64,000 nt of DNA from sequence record NC_014260.1; one strand, written 5' to 3'. Made by a program: the position numbers and the translations under genes. This stretch comes from Escherichia phage IME08. Below are positions 26,432 through 35,037 of the stretch, piece after piece. The notes under the pieces are model-generated. The model did not search any database. It had not been told where the DNA came from and saw nothing but the letters and a program-made list of their open reading frames with translations. Each line of letters starts with the position of its first letter. The stretch's first letter is position 1.

Positions 26432-26973
26432 TGCATTCCTATCACAAAAAACAGAGGACGTGTGGTTTGATTGGTTTCTTCACATGATGCACGGCAGCAA
26501 TGTTGCACCACCTTTATGTGGGCATCATAAATCTTATCCATATCGGGTGTTTTAACAGGCTCATCAATTATATACAGAACCCGTGAAAGTGATAATCCGC
26601 GGAATTTGCATGCAGTATTACCAATAAAACTACGAACAGAATCAATGTACAAACGGTACTTAATACTTTCTGTATGGTTATTAAAATATTCCTTTCGAAT
26701 AGCTGATGCGGAGACATTAGCATAAGCGCTATTTTGCGATAGAACAATAACAGTACCGCCATCAGCTAACCATTCCGTAGCAAAAATGGATACTGCTTTA
26801 GTTTTACCGGATTGGCGCCCACCATCAAGTTTTAAGGTGCAGCATTCTTTAAACAGGGTTTGTGAATCAGGTACATAAAACCCACTATTACAAATGTGTT
26901 CTACTCTAGCATCAGAATGGTTTGCAAAAGCATTCATCAGGGATAGATAACTACCGGTTAAAAACGTTTTCAT
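26428..26973 (-). CDS. Small P-loop NTPase
   Basis: 181 aa; Walker A GGRQSGKTKA and Walker B-like LYIIDEP. Confidence 0.5.
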   Translation of the reverse strand: MKTFLTGSYLSLMNAFANHSDARVEHICNSGFYVPDSQTLFKECCTLKLDGGRQSGKTKAVSIFATEWLADGGTVIVLSQNSAYANVSASAIRKEYFNNHTESIKYRLYIDSVRSFIGNTACKFRGLSLSRVLYIIDEPVKTPDMDKIYDAHIKVVQHCCRASCEETNQTTRPLFFVIGMQ

Positions 26974-27137
26974 AATTGTCTCTTTTTAAGTGGTGGGGCC
27001 ATTCCTTGGCACATAATTCGTCCATGTATCCGTATGTAAACCCTTTACCGCACTTGGGCTCGACCTTATTACAGGTAGGGAAAGGTCCATCACTCAGAGG
27101 ACGCGACGTTCATGAGGAGAGGGCCGGCTTGCCTTTA

Positions 27138-27437
27138 TTAGAAAGAACCAGAACCTTTAATTGTGTTCTGGCGACCTTTATTTTCTAATTCAGAGTGGTC
27201 GATTTCATATGCTTGTGCTACGCCAAAGGCCTTTTTAACTTTAGCTAAAGAACCTTTAGATGTAACAATATTAAAGGTATTGCCTTTGGTAAAATCAACC
27301 AAATCGACTTGTACACCCTGTTTACCGAGGCTTGCTACAATAGCATCAACATATTCTTGGTCTAAATTGCCTTGAACTCCAATTTGAAATGCTTTAGGAG
27401 CTTTGGCTTCTGTAATAAATTCTTGATAAGTTTTCAT
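27138..27437 (-). CDS. ipII: Internal head protein (IPII-like) with capsid targeting sequence
   Basis: 99 aa; N-terminal MKTYQEFITEA capsid targeting sequence; position next to denV and e. Confidence 0.7.
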   Translation of the reverse strand: MKTYQEFITEAKAPKAFQIGVQGNLDQEYVDAIVASLGKQGVQVDLVDFTKGNTFNIVTSKGSLAKVKKAFGVAQAYEIDHSELENKGRQNTIKGSGSF

Positions 27438-27461
27438 ATTATTCCTTAAGTTGATAGAAGT

Positions 27462-27491
27462 ATTCTATCACGGATTTAATTAAGCGTAAAT
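27462..27491 (-). promoter_or_regulatory. Weak early-promoter-like element upstream of ipII
   Basis: Minus strand ATTTAC, 18 nt, TAGAAT, then ACTTCTATCAAC. Confidence 0.3.
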
Positions 27492-27896
27492 AGCCTTGCC
27501 ATAATGTTTGTACCAGGTAGGACGCTGTGCAATTTTTTCGTCCAAACGGGCCTGAGATATAGCAATAGAAGCTTCGTGGGGAACATAATCGCCACGGAAT
27601 TCCTGAGGAATATCACTAATGTCCTGGACTGTAGTATCCTTGATATTAAAGCCACGTTTTAAACATTCGGCTATAAGCTCGATTTGACGCTTACGTAAAA
27701 ATTCAAGCTTATCATAAAAGAAAGTAACATGGCCTGTACCAAGGATAAAAGTAGAGCTAATTTTAAAATCACGAACACGTTTACCATTAGCAACATGCTT
27801 ACGAACTGCACCGAAAACACGTGGTAATTCGCGATATTCAGCCATTAAGTGTTGGTCGGCCAATTCAGATACTAAGGTAAGGTTAATACGAGTCAT
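27480..27896 (-). CDS. denV: Endonuclease V (pyrimidine-dimer DNA glycosylase) DenV
   Basis: From [47 protein letters not shown] the sequence is nearly identical to T4 endonuclease V (138 aa). Confidence 0.92.
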   Translation of the reverse strand: MTRINLTLVSELADQHLMAEYRELPRVFGAVRKHVANGKRVRDFKISSTFILGTGHVTFFYDKLEFLRKRQIELIAECLKRGFNIKDTTVQDISDIPQEFRGDYVPHEASIAISQARLDEKIAQRPTWYKHYGKAIYA

Positions 27897-27956
27897 TTTA
27901 GTGTTCTCCATGTTTGTGTGAGAACACTATATCACAGCTATTGTAAAAGTAAACTG

Positions 27957-28259
27957 TTATTTACCTTTAATTGCTTTAGCTGCTTCGGTAGCCGCTTGCT
28001 GAAGGTCATCCATAGACATACCAAACTTAGAAGCAAAGTTATCAATTTTCTTTTCGACAGAATTCAAAGGCTTGGCCTGTTTACCTTCATTAGCGCCCGG
28101 GAGAGCGAGAATACGCTCTTTGTCAATATAAAGGCTTACAAGTTTCTTACGGTCTTTATCTGGCAAATCATGAAATGAATGGGCCTTTTTATTTACAGCG
28201 GCTTCTAATTTACCTGCGGTTACGCGGGCTTCAGTGATAAATTCATTATAAGTTTTCAT
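27957..28259 (-). CDS. Internal head protein with capsid targeting sequence
   Basis: 100 aa, N-terminal [11 protein letters not shown]; lies between denV and e where T4 carries ipIII. Confidence 0.65.
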   Translation of the reverse strand: MKTYNEFITEARVTAGKLEAAVNKKAHSFHDLPDKDRKKLVSLYIDKERILALPGANEGKQAKPLNSVEKKIDNFASKFGMSMDDLQQAATEAAKAIKGK

Positions 28260-28740
28260 ATGCTTTCCAAGTACCTGTTTTAAATGTTGAAATCACGCGC
28301 TTAGCACGATTAGGAGTTTGTTTATACCAACGGGATTGAGCCAGGTTAACTGCCGCATCGTCCCAACGTTTCTGTTGGAGCATACGTAAAGAGTTAGTGA
28401 ACCCAGCTACACCTGCTTCACCCATCTGGAAGACCATGTTAATTAAAGCACAACGACGAACTTCGTCCAGTACATCATAAACAGGTTTCAATTTAGGATT
28501 ACGCAGAATAGCTCTACGAGCATTTTCAACCGATCGGTTAAAGAGTTGTTCAGCTTCAGCCATAGTAATACGACCGTTGCAAACCCGGCCCATAAGCTTA
28601 TCAAGTTCGGCACGAGCAACATCTTTTGAAGGGTTTTTGGTAATCAACTGGCCAATCCCAATAGTCCAATAACCTTCGGTGTCTTTATAAAGATTTAAAT
28701 CAAGACCTTCGTCTTGACGTAACATATCAAAAATATCCAT
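28246..28740 (-). CDS. e: Lysozyme (endolysin) e, glycoside hydrolase family 24
   Basis: 164 aa, same length as T4 lysozyme; [35 protein letters not shown]...[32 protein letters not shown]. Confidence 0.93.
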   Translation of the reverse strand: MDIFDMLRQDEGLDLNLYKDTEGYWTIGIGQLITKNPSKDVARAELDKLMGRVCNGRITMAEAEQLFNRSVENARRAILRNPKLKPVYDVLDEVRRCALINMVFQMGEAGVAGFTNSLRMLQQKRWDDAAVNLAQSRWYKQTPNRAKRVISTFKTGTWKAYENL

Positions 28741-28742
28741 AA

Positions 28743-28771
28743 TACCTCCTGAGTATAGGAGGTATTTATAT
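28743..28771 (-). promoter_or_regulatory. SD-sequestering hairpin plus late promoter for gene e
   Basis: 8-bp inverted repeat (UACCUCCU / AGGAGGUA) pairs the SD of e; minus-strand TATAAATA abuts and overlaps the 5' arm. Confidence 0.6.
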
Positions 28772-29220
28772 CAAAAGAGCGAATCTAAAACCTTAAACAT
28801 CGACTTACCCATGACATATTCCCATTGTGGACGTTTAATCAAGGCAAACGCATCGAATTCAGGAATCGTGCGACCGTCAGGGAACGTATGGTAAGCCGTA
28901 CATTTGCAATTCTTGAACTGCTCGTGTTCCACAGGCACCGTATATAAGAACAGATGTAGATTCTTATTGCTTGAATATTTGAACTCACCTAGGTCTTTCA
29001 GGAACGCAGGATCGTATGCTGTGAATCCAATCTCTTCTTCGGTTTCACGCATTGCCGCTTGAATAGGCTCTTCGCCTGGTTCGACATGACCTTTAGGAAT
29101 GTCCCATTTATGACGCATATTCTCTGGATTACGAGAGCCTGTTACACGCCCCATGACCAGTTCTTTATCAACAGTCATGAACAAAATACCTGCCGATAAT
29201 TCCTTAGCTTTCTTACTCAT
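28771..29220 (-). CDS. nudE: Nudix hydrolase NudE
   Basis: Nudix box GHVEPGEEPIQAAMRETEEEIGF; start set at MSKKAKEL (about 150 aa, T4 NudE 151); position next to e. Confidence 0.75.
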   Translation of the reverse strand: MSKKAKELSAGILFMTVDKELVMGRVTGSRNPENMRHKWDIPKGHVEPGEEPIQAAMRETEEEIGFTAYDPAFLKDLGEFKYSSNKNLHLFLYTVPVEHEQFKNCKCTAYHTFPDGRTIPEFDAFALIKRPQWEYVMGKSMFKVLDSLF

Positions 29221-29449
29221 TGTCTCGGTCCCATGATTGTTTAAAGATATCTCGTATAATAATTTCAACACACGTTTCTGTTGACGGACTTTCACTATCA
29301 GATATTTGGACCATATAATCAGAAATAGGTCGGAACATATCCAAGTCGCTTTCTAAATCTTCTTTGATTTTTTCTTCTGACGTTCCGGTATCATAGGAAT
29401 ACAGATAAGAATCACATGACTCAGATTTAATATAAATTGCAATACTCAT
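29213..29449 (-). CDS. Hypothetical acidic protein
   Basis: 78-aa ORF. Confidence 0.4.
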   Translation of the reverse strand: MSIAIYIKSESCDSYLYSYDTGTSEEKIKEDLESDLDMFRPISDYMVQISDSESPSTETCVEIIIRDIFKQSWDRDNE

Positions 29450-30033
29450 TTACGGCATTCCTCAATAAAAGAGTTTAATGTATTTTTCTTGGAGATATCA
29501 TCATATACCTTTTTAACTTTAGAAATACGAAAAGGTACTTCGATAACCGAGGTCCATAAAAATGACGCAATAAGACCCGAGATAGCCGCAGACATCGCTG
29601 AAGCGAATACACAAATAGGCAGGTCATTATCTGTTGTCAGGAAAAACCAAAGGAGTGGAAAAAATAATATTCCCATCCAAACATAGAACCTAGAACTCAC
29701 TAATTTGTCATATTCGTCACTCCATGCGCGAAAGCCGTATTTTTTACTATAACAAATCAACGGGTCCGGAGTCTGCTCTTTATGTGGTTCAGGTTGCCAA
29801 CCGTTTACGATATAACCCATTTTATATTCCTCAATTAAAAGCTGTTTCATTTCAGCAGTACAACCTGACCAATCTATTGTACTGGCTGAAATTCCTTCAT
29901 CACCGTCATCGAGATTTCGCCAGGACTTTTTAATAATCATATTCTCACCGCTTGGGATAATAATTCCGGCATTTTCCGACCGACGGATGAAGTTTACATC
30001 AATGCCCATACACCCGGGTTCATAAAGGGCCAT
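29446..30033 (-). CDS. Membrane protein (195 aa)
   Basis: C-terminal hydrophobic segments (FYVWMGILFFPLLWFFL, AMSAAISGLIASFLW). Confidence 0.45.
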   Translation of the reverse strand: MALYEPGCMGIDVNFIRRSENAGIIIPSGENMIIKKSWRNLDDGDEGISASTIDWSGCTAEMKQLLIEEYKMGYIVNGWQPEPHKEQTPDPLICYSKKYGFRAWSDEYDKLVSSRFYVWMGILFFPLLWFFLTTDNDLPICVFASAMSAAISGLIASFLWTSVIEVPFRISKVKKVYDDISKKNTLNSFIEECRK

Positions 30034-30719
30034 TACCAGCCCTCCATAGGGAATTCCAGATAAACTTGAGCATTAACACGGATTTCATTAGTAATCTTTT
30101 TAACACGGTCGGTATTACGAGAGACACGACCAAACCAGCGCCAACCGTTACTTACTGCACGAGAACCTGTATGCCATGTCTGCCAATCAAATTGGAGCAA
30201 CGTGCGGTCAGGAGCATCCCACTTGGTTAATTCATTGGACTCAATTTTTTCCAGAACTTCTTTATGCCACTGGCGATAGATAAGTTCGCCTTCAGGAATC
30301 TGGCTAAATTGCGCAGTTCCGGTTGCAAAATGGGTAGGACACACATCAGCGTTAACAAGACCAAGAATATGTTCAGAATGGTAACGAGGATTATCATAAT
30401 CAGGCTGCCCTGCGGTAATAAAGTGTTGGCCAACCGGAATATCCGGACGTGGTACATCATCATGGTGATAACCTGGGATAGCAGGGTACCAGCCAGGCAT
30501 CAGCATATGAACACGAGAATCAAATACAACCCGGTCAGTGTTCCAATCATCCGGTAGGTTCATGATGAAGCTGCGAGTAATAGGGCCACCATTATCAAAA
30601 GCGAAGGCCAACGAGCTGTTGAAGAACATAGGTTCGTTTTTGATTTTATCATTAGAAATTTTACCAGCGAAACCACCTACTGCACGAGCTTTAGAATTAA
30701 AAGTTTTTGGACCGTTCAT
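30033..30719 (-). CDS. Hypothetical His-rich protein (228 aa)
   Basis: Several H-x-D/H clusters (HMLMPGW...GYHHDD...H); no family assigned. Confidence 0.45.
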   Translation of the reverse strand: MNGPKTFNSKARAVGGFAGKISNDKIKNEPMFFNSSLAFAFDNGGPITRSFIMNLPDDWNTDRVVFDSRVHMLMPGWYPAIPGYHHDDVPRPDIPVGQHFITAGQPDYDNPRYHSEHILGLVNADVCPTHFATGTAQFSQIPEGELIYRQWHKEVLEKIESNELTKWDAPDRTLLQFDWQTWHTGSRAVSNGWRWFGRVSRNTDRVKKITNEIRVNAQVYLEFPMEGW

Positions 30720-30733
30720 AATATTTTCCTCAC

Positions 30734-30946
30734 TTACTTTTTGTTGAAAAAGTACATTTTACCTTTAGGGGATAAGGATACACGAAGTGCGTTACCGATA
30801 CCAACTGAACATTTAACCAGGTCAGCAGATTTCAATTCACCGAATGCTTGACGAAGGTCACCGTCACGAGTGTTAACCATCAGGCATTTAGCACCAGCTG
30901 CACGAACTTCGTTTAACATGTTGATTGCTTGGTTAGAAAGTTTCAT
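30734..30946 (-). CDS. Hypothetical protein (70 aa)
   Basis: Start at MKLSNQ with SD GGAGAA downstream of an early promoter; track ORF extends to 31024 across the promoter. Confidence 0.45.
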   Translation of the reverse strand: MKLSNQAINMLNEVRAAGAKCLMVNTRDGDLRQAFGELKSADLVKCSVGIGNALRVSLSPKGKMYFFNKK

Positions 30947-30983
30947 TTTATTCTCCATTTCACTCTGTTGTTTTGATAGGTCT

Positions 30984-31012
30984 ATAGTATCATGCCTATA
31001 GACCTTGTAAAC
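30984..31012 (-). promoter_or_regulatory. T4-type early promoter (PeSL-like; identical 46-bp copy at 39181-39226)
   Basis: Minus strand GTTTAC, 17 nt, TACTAT; perfect 10-bp inverted repeat AGGTCTATAG/CTATAGACCT spans the -10. Confidence 0.6.
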
Positions 31013-31024
31013 AATTTTATGCAA

Positions 31025-31984
31025 TTATTTTTCGAAAGGACGAATTAAATGATGGTTATCTTGGAATCGTTTGATGTAGTCGTTTTCACCTAAAGTCTTG
31101 TACATATTAACCACAGCTTGGTAGTTTTCCCAGGCGTACTCACGGAACCAACCTGAAGTGATTGAGGTACACACTTTCTCAAGAGCCATATAGAAACTTA
31201 ATGATGGTGAAATATTGAAGTCATTAGGAACCTGTGAACGTTCTAGTGCCAGGACACAAGTTTCTTCATATACACCAGCCAGTTTAATAGCTTCAGGCAA
31301 AGCCTCGAACTTCTCACGAGAGGTCATGACTTCAGAACCTTCCTTCATATAAAAGGTATATGCCGGGCGCCCTGCCAATGCCACGGCTTCATGGATAGAG
31401 TCGTGGTCTAGCGTATAAATGGTATCGTTAAAGAACGATGATTTGTTTACATCCAATTTAGGGTGGGAATAGCTCAACGTTTCTTTTTGACGCTGCAGCA
31501 TAATTTCCTGGAGTTCTTCATTCAGGGTGATACCTTTATTACGAAGGTATTTGATGTGGGACATAGTTTTCAAGAAGAAAGGATTATTCTTCAGGAAACG
31601 ATGAGAGGTTTTGATAGCCAGACAGATATCAGGCGTAGCCCAATAGAAACCTGTAAGACGGTCCTTTTTAATACGATTTTCAGCATATTTCAGGAGACGA
31701 TAACTTGAGGTGAAATCTTCGTCTTGGAGCTCACCAGTGATTTCACGTACGTTAGTCAGAGCACGGACGATATAAGCTTCGAAATAGGTTTCTTTACCAT
31801 TATGCATACATTTGAAAGCCTGAACATCAGGATTGTCAACGTGTACATGGGCGCCGAACATCCGAGCTTTAAAGTGGTTCCATGAGCCTTGGTCGGCAAT
31901 GAAATCCCAATCAGAATTTTCGATATACTTATTTTCAATCAGACCAGCGTGGTGCAGTGCGCGAGAACCAATAACTAGCATCAT
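31025..31984 (-). CDS. Hypothetical protein (about 319 aa)
   Basis: Start at MMLVIGSRALHHAG with SD GAGGAAAA; N-terminal GS...SDWD is NTase-like but the spacing is atypical. Confidence 0.45.
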   Translation of the reverse strand: MMLVIGSRALHHAGLIENKYIENSDWDFIADQGSWNHFKARMFGAHVHVDNPDVQAFKCMHNGKETYFEAYIVRALTNVREITGELQDEDFTSSYRLLKYAENRIKKDRLTGFYWATPDICLAIKTSHRFLKNNPFFLKTMSHIKYLRNKGITLNEELQEIMLQRQKETLSYSHPKLDVNKSSFFNDTIYTLDHDSIHEAVALAGRPAYTFYMKEGSEVMTSREKFEALPEAIKLAGVYEETCVLALERSQVPNDFNISPSLSFYMALEKVCTSITSGWFREYAWENYQAVVNMYKTLGENDYIKRFQDNHHLIRPFEK

Positions 31985-32003
31985 AATATTTTCCTCAGTA
32001 AAC

Positions 32004-32243
32004 TTAAATTTCGGCAACGTAAGTGTTATGCAATTCCCACATATCATTGGAATTACTCTCAACGATAGGAATTATCTCATTAGAAATTTCTTCTGCATAA
32101 GGGTCATTGATACAGTGAGCATCTTCAAAACGAACACCGTAATCAGACTTCTTATAAGCAAAGCCATAAATCTTTTTAAACTTGGCACGAGTAATGCGTA
32201 CCGGTTCATTAGACTTATCGGACATCGGAGCGTAATACCACAT
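32004..32243 (-). CDS. Hypothetical protein
   Basis: 79-aa ORF. Confidence 0.4.
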   Translation of the reverse strand: MWYYAPMSDKSNEPVRITRAKFKKIYGFAYKKSDYGVRFEDAHCINDPYAEEISNEIIPIVESNSNDMWELHNTYVAEI

Positions 32244-32286
32244 ATGTTCTCCTCATGTTTGTGTAGGGTAATAGTAACACGTATTT

Positions 32287-32637
32287 TTAGAGTTGTACAT
32301 CACTTCTGCAATATTCTAAAAATAATTTATCGTTGTCTACCGTATCCCAACGACGCCAAGATGGATTCCAGACCAGAGCGTTGTCACCACAATCATTGAG
32401 CTTAAAATGGTCGTAGTACATAGCTATACGTCTAGTTTCGTCACCAGAGAACCCCAGTATAGGCTCGCCATGGGTGTGATACATATGATGGTGCATTGAG
32501 AGGTCGCATTTGTAAAACATCTCACGTTTACCACGAACGAACAAGAAGGCTTGCCCATTCATATAGAATTCTTTATCTGTTTTCAAAAGATATTTGAATA
32601 CTGAATCTTTATGCATAAGTCCTCCTACCACATCCAT
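32287..32637 (-). CDS. Hypothetical His-rich protein
   Basis: 116-aa ORF containing HHHMYHTHGE. Confidence 0.4.
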   Translation of the reverse strand: MDVVGGLMHKDSVFKYLLKTDKEFYMNGQAFLFVRGKREMFYKCDLSMHHHMYHTHGEPILGFSGDETRRIAMYYDHFKLNDCGDNALVWNPSWRRWDTVDNDKLFLEYCRSDVQL

Positions 32638-32646
32638 GTGGTTAAA

Positions 32647-32874
32647 TTATTTTCCTAACGAAACACGAGTAGGTTTTTTACCAAAATAGTCTTCGTAAGA
32701 ACCATCTAAACGGCCTGCTTTAGACCGACAATACGAATCATACTTTTTGTAATAAGTCATCTCGGTATTATAACGTGGGTGTCTATCAGCCATAATAATA
32801 CTTAGTGGCCAACCTTTGGCATAATCGCGAAGACCGTTTATTTTACGAATGTATCGTTTTTTCAATTTTAGCAT
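32647..32874 (-). CDS. Hypothetical basic protein
   Basis: 75-aa ORF. Confidence 0.4.
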   Translation of the reverse strand: MLKLKKRYIRKINGLRDYAKGWPLSIIMADRHPRYNTEMTYYKKYDSYCRSKAGRLDGSYEDYFGKKPTRVSLGK

Positions 32875-33092
32875 GAGCTTGGGTACCAGATTTTACCATC
32901 GGATCGAGCAACGAAGGTGCGACCAGCTTCTTCACCATAACAAGAGCTATTCAGCCAATCTTCGAGACGAACTTCACCGTCATAATCATCGAGCTCAACA
33001 CCAAAATCCTGAGCAGAAGCCATATCTTTTACTTTCTTATACAGTGCAGCCAGTTCAAGTGCCGCTTTTTCTAATTCATTAATATCAGTCAT
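32868..33092 (-). CDS. Small acidic protein, W-SSS-C tail family member 5
   Basis: Start at MTDINELEK (SD AAGGTGA); C-terminus ...GKIWYPSSC. Confidence 0.45.
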   Translation of the reverse strand: MTDINELEKAALELAALYKKVKDMASAQDFGVELDDYDGEVRLEDWLNSSCYGEEAGRTFVARSDGKIWYPSSC

Positions 33093-33102
33093 TTTTATCA
33101 CC

Positions 33103-33312
33103 TTAGCAAGACATAGAGGAGCTAAACCAGAAACCTTCACCTTCAGGAATACCGTAGTCATCACGGACCCATTCGTAATCATCATATTCCGGACTAGAAG
33201 CTGGAATATATTCTTCGCCACCAGCGTGGAAGTGCTGACCTGTTTCGTCAGCCACAGACTGGCCTTTACGTACTAATTCACGGATTTGTTTTTCAATTTC
33301 ATCAATAGTCAT
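33103..33312 (-). CDS. Small acidic protein, W-SSS-C tail family member 4
   Basis: 69 aa; C-terminus ...GFWFSSSMSC. Confidence 0.45.
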   Translation of the reverse strand: MTIDEIEKQIRELVRKGQSVADETGQHFHAGGEEYIPASSPEYDDYEWVRDDYGIPEGEGFWFSSSMSC

Positions 33313-33321
33313 TTTATTTCC

Positions 33322-33519
33322 TTAGCATTCGTAAGAGGAGGACACCCAAGAGGTACCACTAATAGTAATACAACCGTTATAAAGCGTGATATGTCGTTCT
33401 AGGTCACGAACACCATCGATATAGATATCGGCTTCTTCGCGTTCTTCTTTACAAATCTGGATAACGTTTTCAATAGCTGCGGCTGCAGTACGGATTGCAC
33501 AATCTAATTCACGAGACAT
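33322..33519 (-). CDS. Small protein, W-SSS-C tail family member 3
   Basis: 65 aa; C-terminus ...TSWVSSSYEC. Confidence 0.45.
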   Translation of the reverse strand: MSRELDCAIRTAAAAIENVIQICKEEREEADIYIDGVRDLERHITLYNGCITISGTSWVSSSYEC

Positions 33520-33528
33520 AATAATTCC

Positions 33529-33810
33529 TTAACATTCAGAAGAAGAGGACACCCAACCACCATTTTCCAGGTCAGTTGTATAGTCATGAGTATTAACAAT
33601 AGCCCATTCAGGATGACCATCTTCTTCCCAGTGGGCCAGGTCAGCTTTCAGGGCGCCAGGAGAATAATAGTCACCGCCCATACCGCGAGCAGGGTATATA
33701 TTAAAATGAGTCTCATATTTGTCTGCAATTTCCTCAGCACGACGAATAGCTTCATGGATTTCTTTTACTGCGGCCAGAAGCTCCGGGTTGTTATGGTTAT
33801 CATTCATCAT
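33529..33810 (-). CDS. Small acidic protein, W-SSS-C tail family member 2
   Basis: 93 aa; C-terminus ...GGWVSSSSEC; internal EEIADKYETHF. Confidence 0.45.
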   Translation of the reverse strand: MMNDNHNNPELLAAVKEIHEAIRRAEEIADKYETHFNIYPARGMGGDYYSPGALKADLAHWEEDGHPEWAIVNTHDYTTDLENGGWVSSSSEC

Positions 33811-33819
33811 AGCGTTTCC

Positions 33820-34110
33820 TTAGCACATTGCTGAAGAGGAGACCCAAGCACCAACTGTAACGACGCCGTTTTCAACTTCACCGCCGTTGTTTTCAATTTC
33901 ATCTTTAAACCACTGGGAGCATTCATAACCGACAGGATAATATGTACGGCCTGAACCATAATCACCGGTACCGAATTGGATACCATACTTATCGGCAATA
34001 GCTTCACATTCATGTTCGATGGTATTCACTTTATTCAGAAGAGCATAGATAGCCTTTTCTGCAGATTTCTCATCGTTGTGTTCTGGGATTTCGATTTCAA
34101 TTTTATTCAT
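33820..34110 (-). CDS. Small acidic protein, W-SSS-C tail family member 1
   Basis: 96 aa; C-terminus ...GAWVSSSAMC; internal EAIADKYGIQF. Confidence 0.45.
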   Translation of the reverse strand: MNKIEIEIPEHNDEKSAEKAIYALLNKVNTIEHECEAIADKYGIQFGTGDYGSGRTYYPVGYECSQWFKDEIENNGGEVENGVVTVGAWVSSSAMC

Positions 34111-34457
34111 GATTTACATTCCTTAATAAAGATTTCAAGGTCATTACGTTTAGTTTGTTTTACATGCTCATTATAATTAGCCATCTCTAAAGCATATCTC
34201 TTACGGATGGGAGCATTCAAAGCGTTTGTATGGCAAATATCATACACAACAGGGATAAAATAAGCCACGACAGCCGGAGCGATTATCATATAAAAACCCA
34301 TCTCAATAGGCGTGACTCCTTCGATTGCCGCCATAACCGTGGTCATTACCAGACCAACCAAACCTCCTAGCATACCGGTGACAATTCCCATAAATAAGGA
34401 AATAGCAATATCATATTCAGCCAATTGATAAACATGTGATGAAAGACTAGGCCGTTC
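34107..34457 (-). CDS. Membrane protein
   Basis: Internal Met (MERPSLSSH) of track ORF 34107-34634; two or three TM helices. Confidence 0.4.
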   Translation of the reverse strand, partial: ERPSLSSHVYQLAEYDIAISLFMGIVTGMLGGLVGLVMTTVMAAIEGVTPIEMGFYMIIAPAVVAYFIPVVYDICHTNALNAPIRKRYALEMANYNEHVKQTKRNDLEIFIKECKS

Positions 34458-34989
34458 CATTTTGAACCTCTTTAGCGTATTCGCGACATTCAGCAATAAA
34501 ACGATTAAGCTTCCGTTGTTGTTTTCGAATCTCTGATGTATACTCATTAGCCAAAATAATAAGCTCATCTTTATCGTAATTTTTAATATCCGAATAACTC
34601 GGGCGGCGGTCGACCATACCAAAGTGGTCACCATTTTCTAACATCAAATAGCATACTAAATGGTAATCATCGTCAGCATCAACAAGCTGTTTACAATCAC
34701 TTGGTTCATTTAAAGCGTATACTGAATAGCATAATCCAGCGAATTCCACTCGTTGAATACCCAGATTTACGTCAATAATTTCTAAAGCTTCTGCAAAAGA
34801 AAGGTCTTCAGCTAAAGCGAAGATAAAGGGCAATTTGGTAGTGTGTCCATGGCTACTTGTTCGACTTAAGAAATCATTGGAATAACCTAGGTCTTGGCGA
34901 ATTCTATAAAGAACTGCATTAGTTTCATGGGAAAGACCGCTATGTTTAAACCAATCAATATTTGATATCAGGTCATCATATAAACTCAT
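34447..34989 (-). CDS. Hypothetical protein (180 aa)
   Basis: ORF with strong SD GGAGGAG. Confidence 0.5.
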   Translation of the reverse strand: MSLYDDLISNIDWFKHSGLSHETNAVLYRIRQDLGYSNDFLSRTSSHGHTTKLPFIFALAEDLSFAEALEIIDVNLGIQRVEFAGLCYSVYALNEPSDCKQLVDADDDYHLVCYLMLENGDHFGMVDRRPSYSDIKNYDKDELIILANEYTSEIRKQQRKLNRFIAECREYAKEVQNGTA

Positions 34990-35012
34990 AATATTCTCCT
35001 CTCCTCCAAATA

Positions 35013-35030
35013 GGGAGACCGAAGTCTCCC
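35013..35030 (-). promoter_or_regulatory. Intercistronic UUCG-tetraloop hairpin
   Basis: GGGAGAC-UUCG-GUCUCCC between the 35038 gene stop and the 34989 gene SD; no U-run follows. Confidence 0.4.
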
Positions 35031-35037
35031 GGTAACA

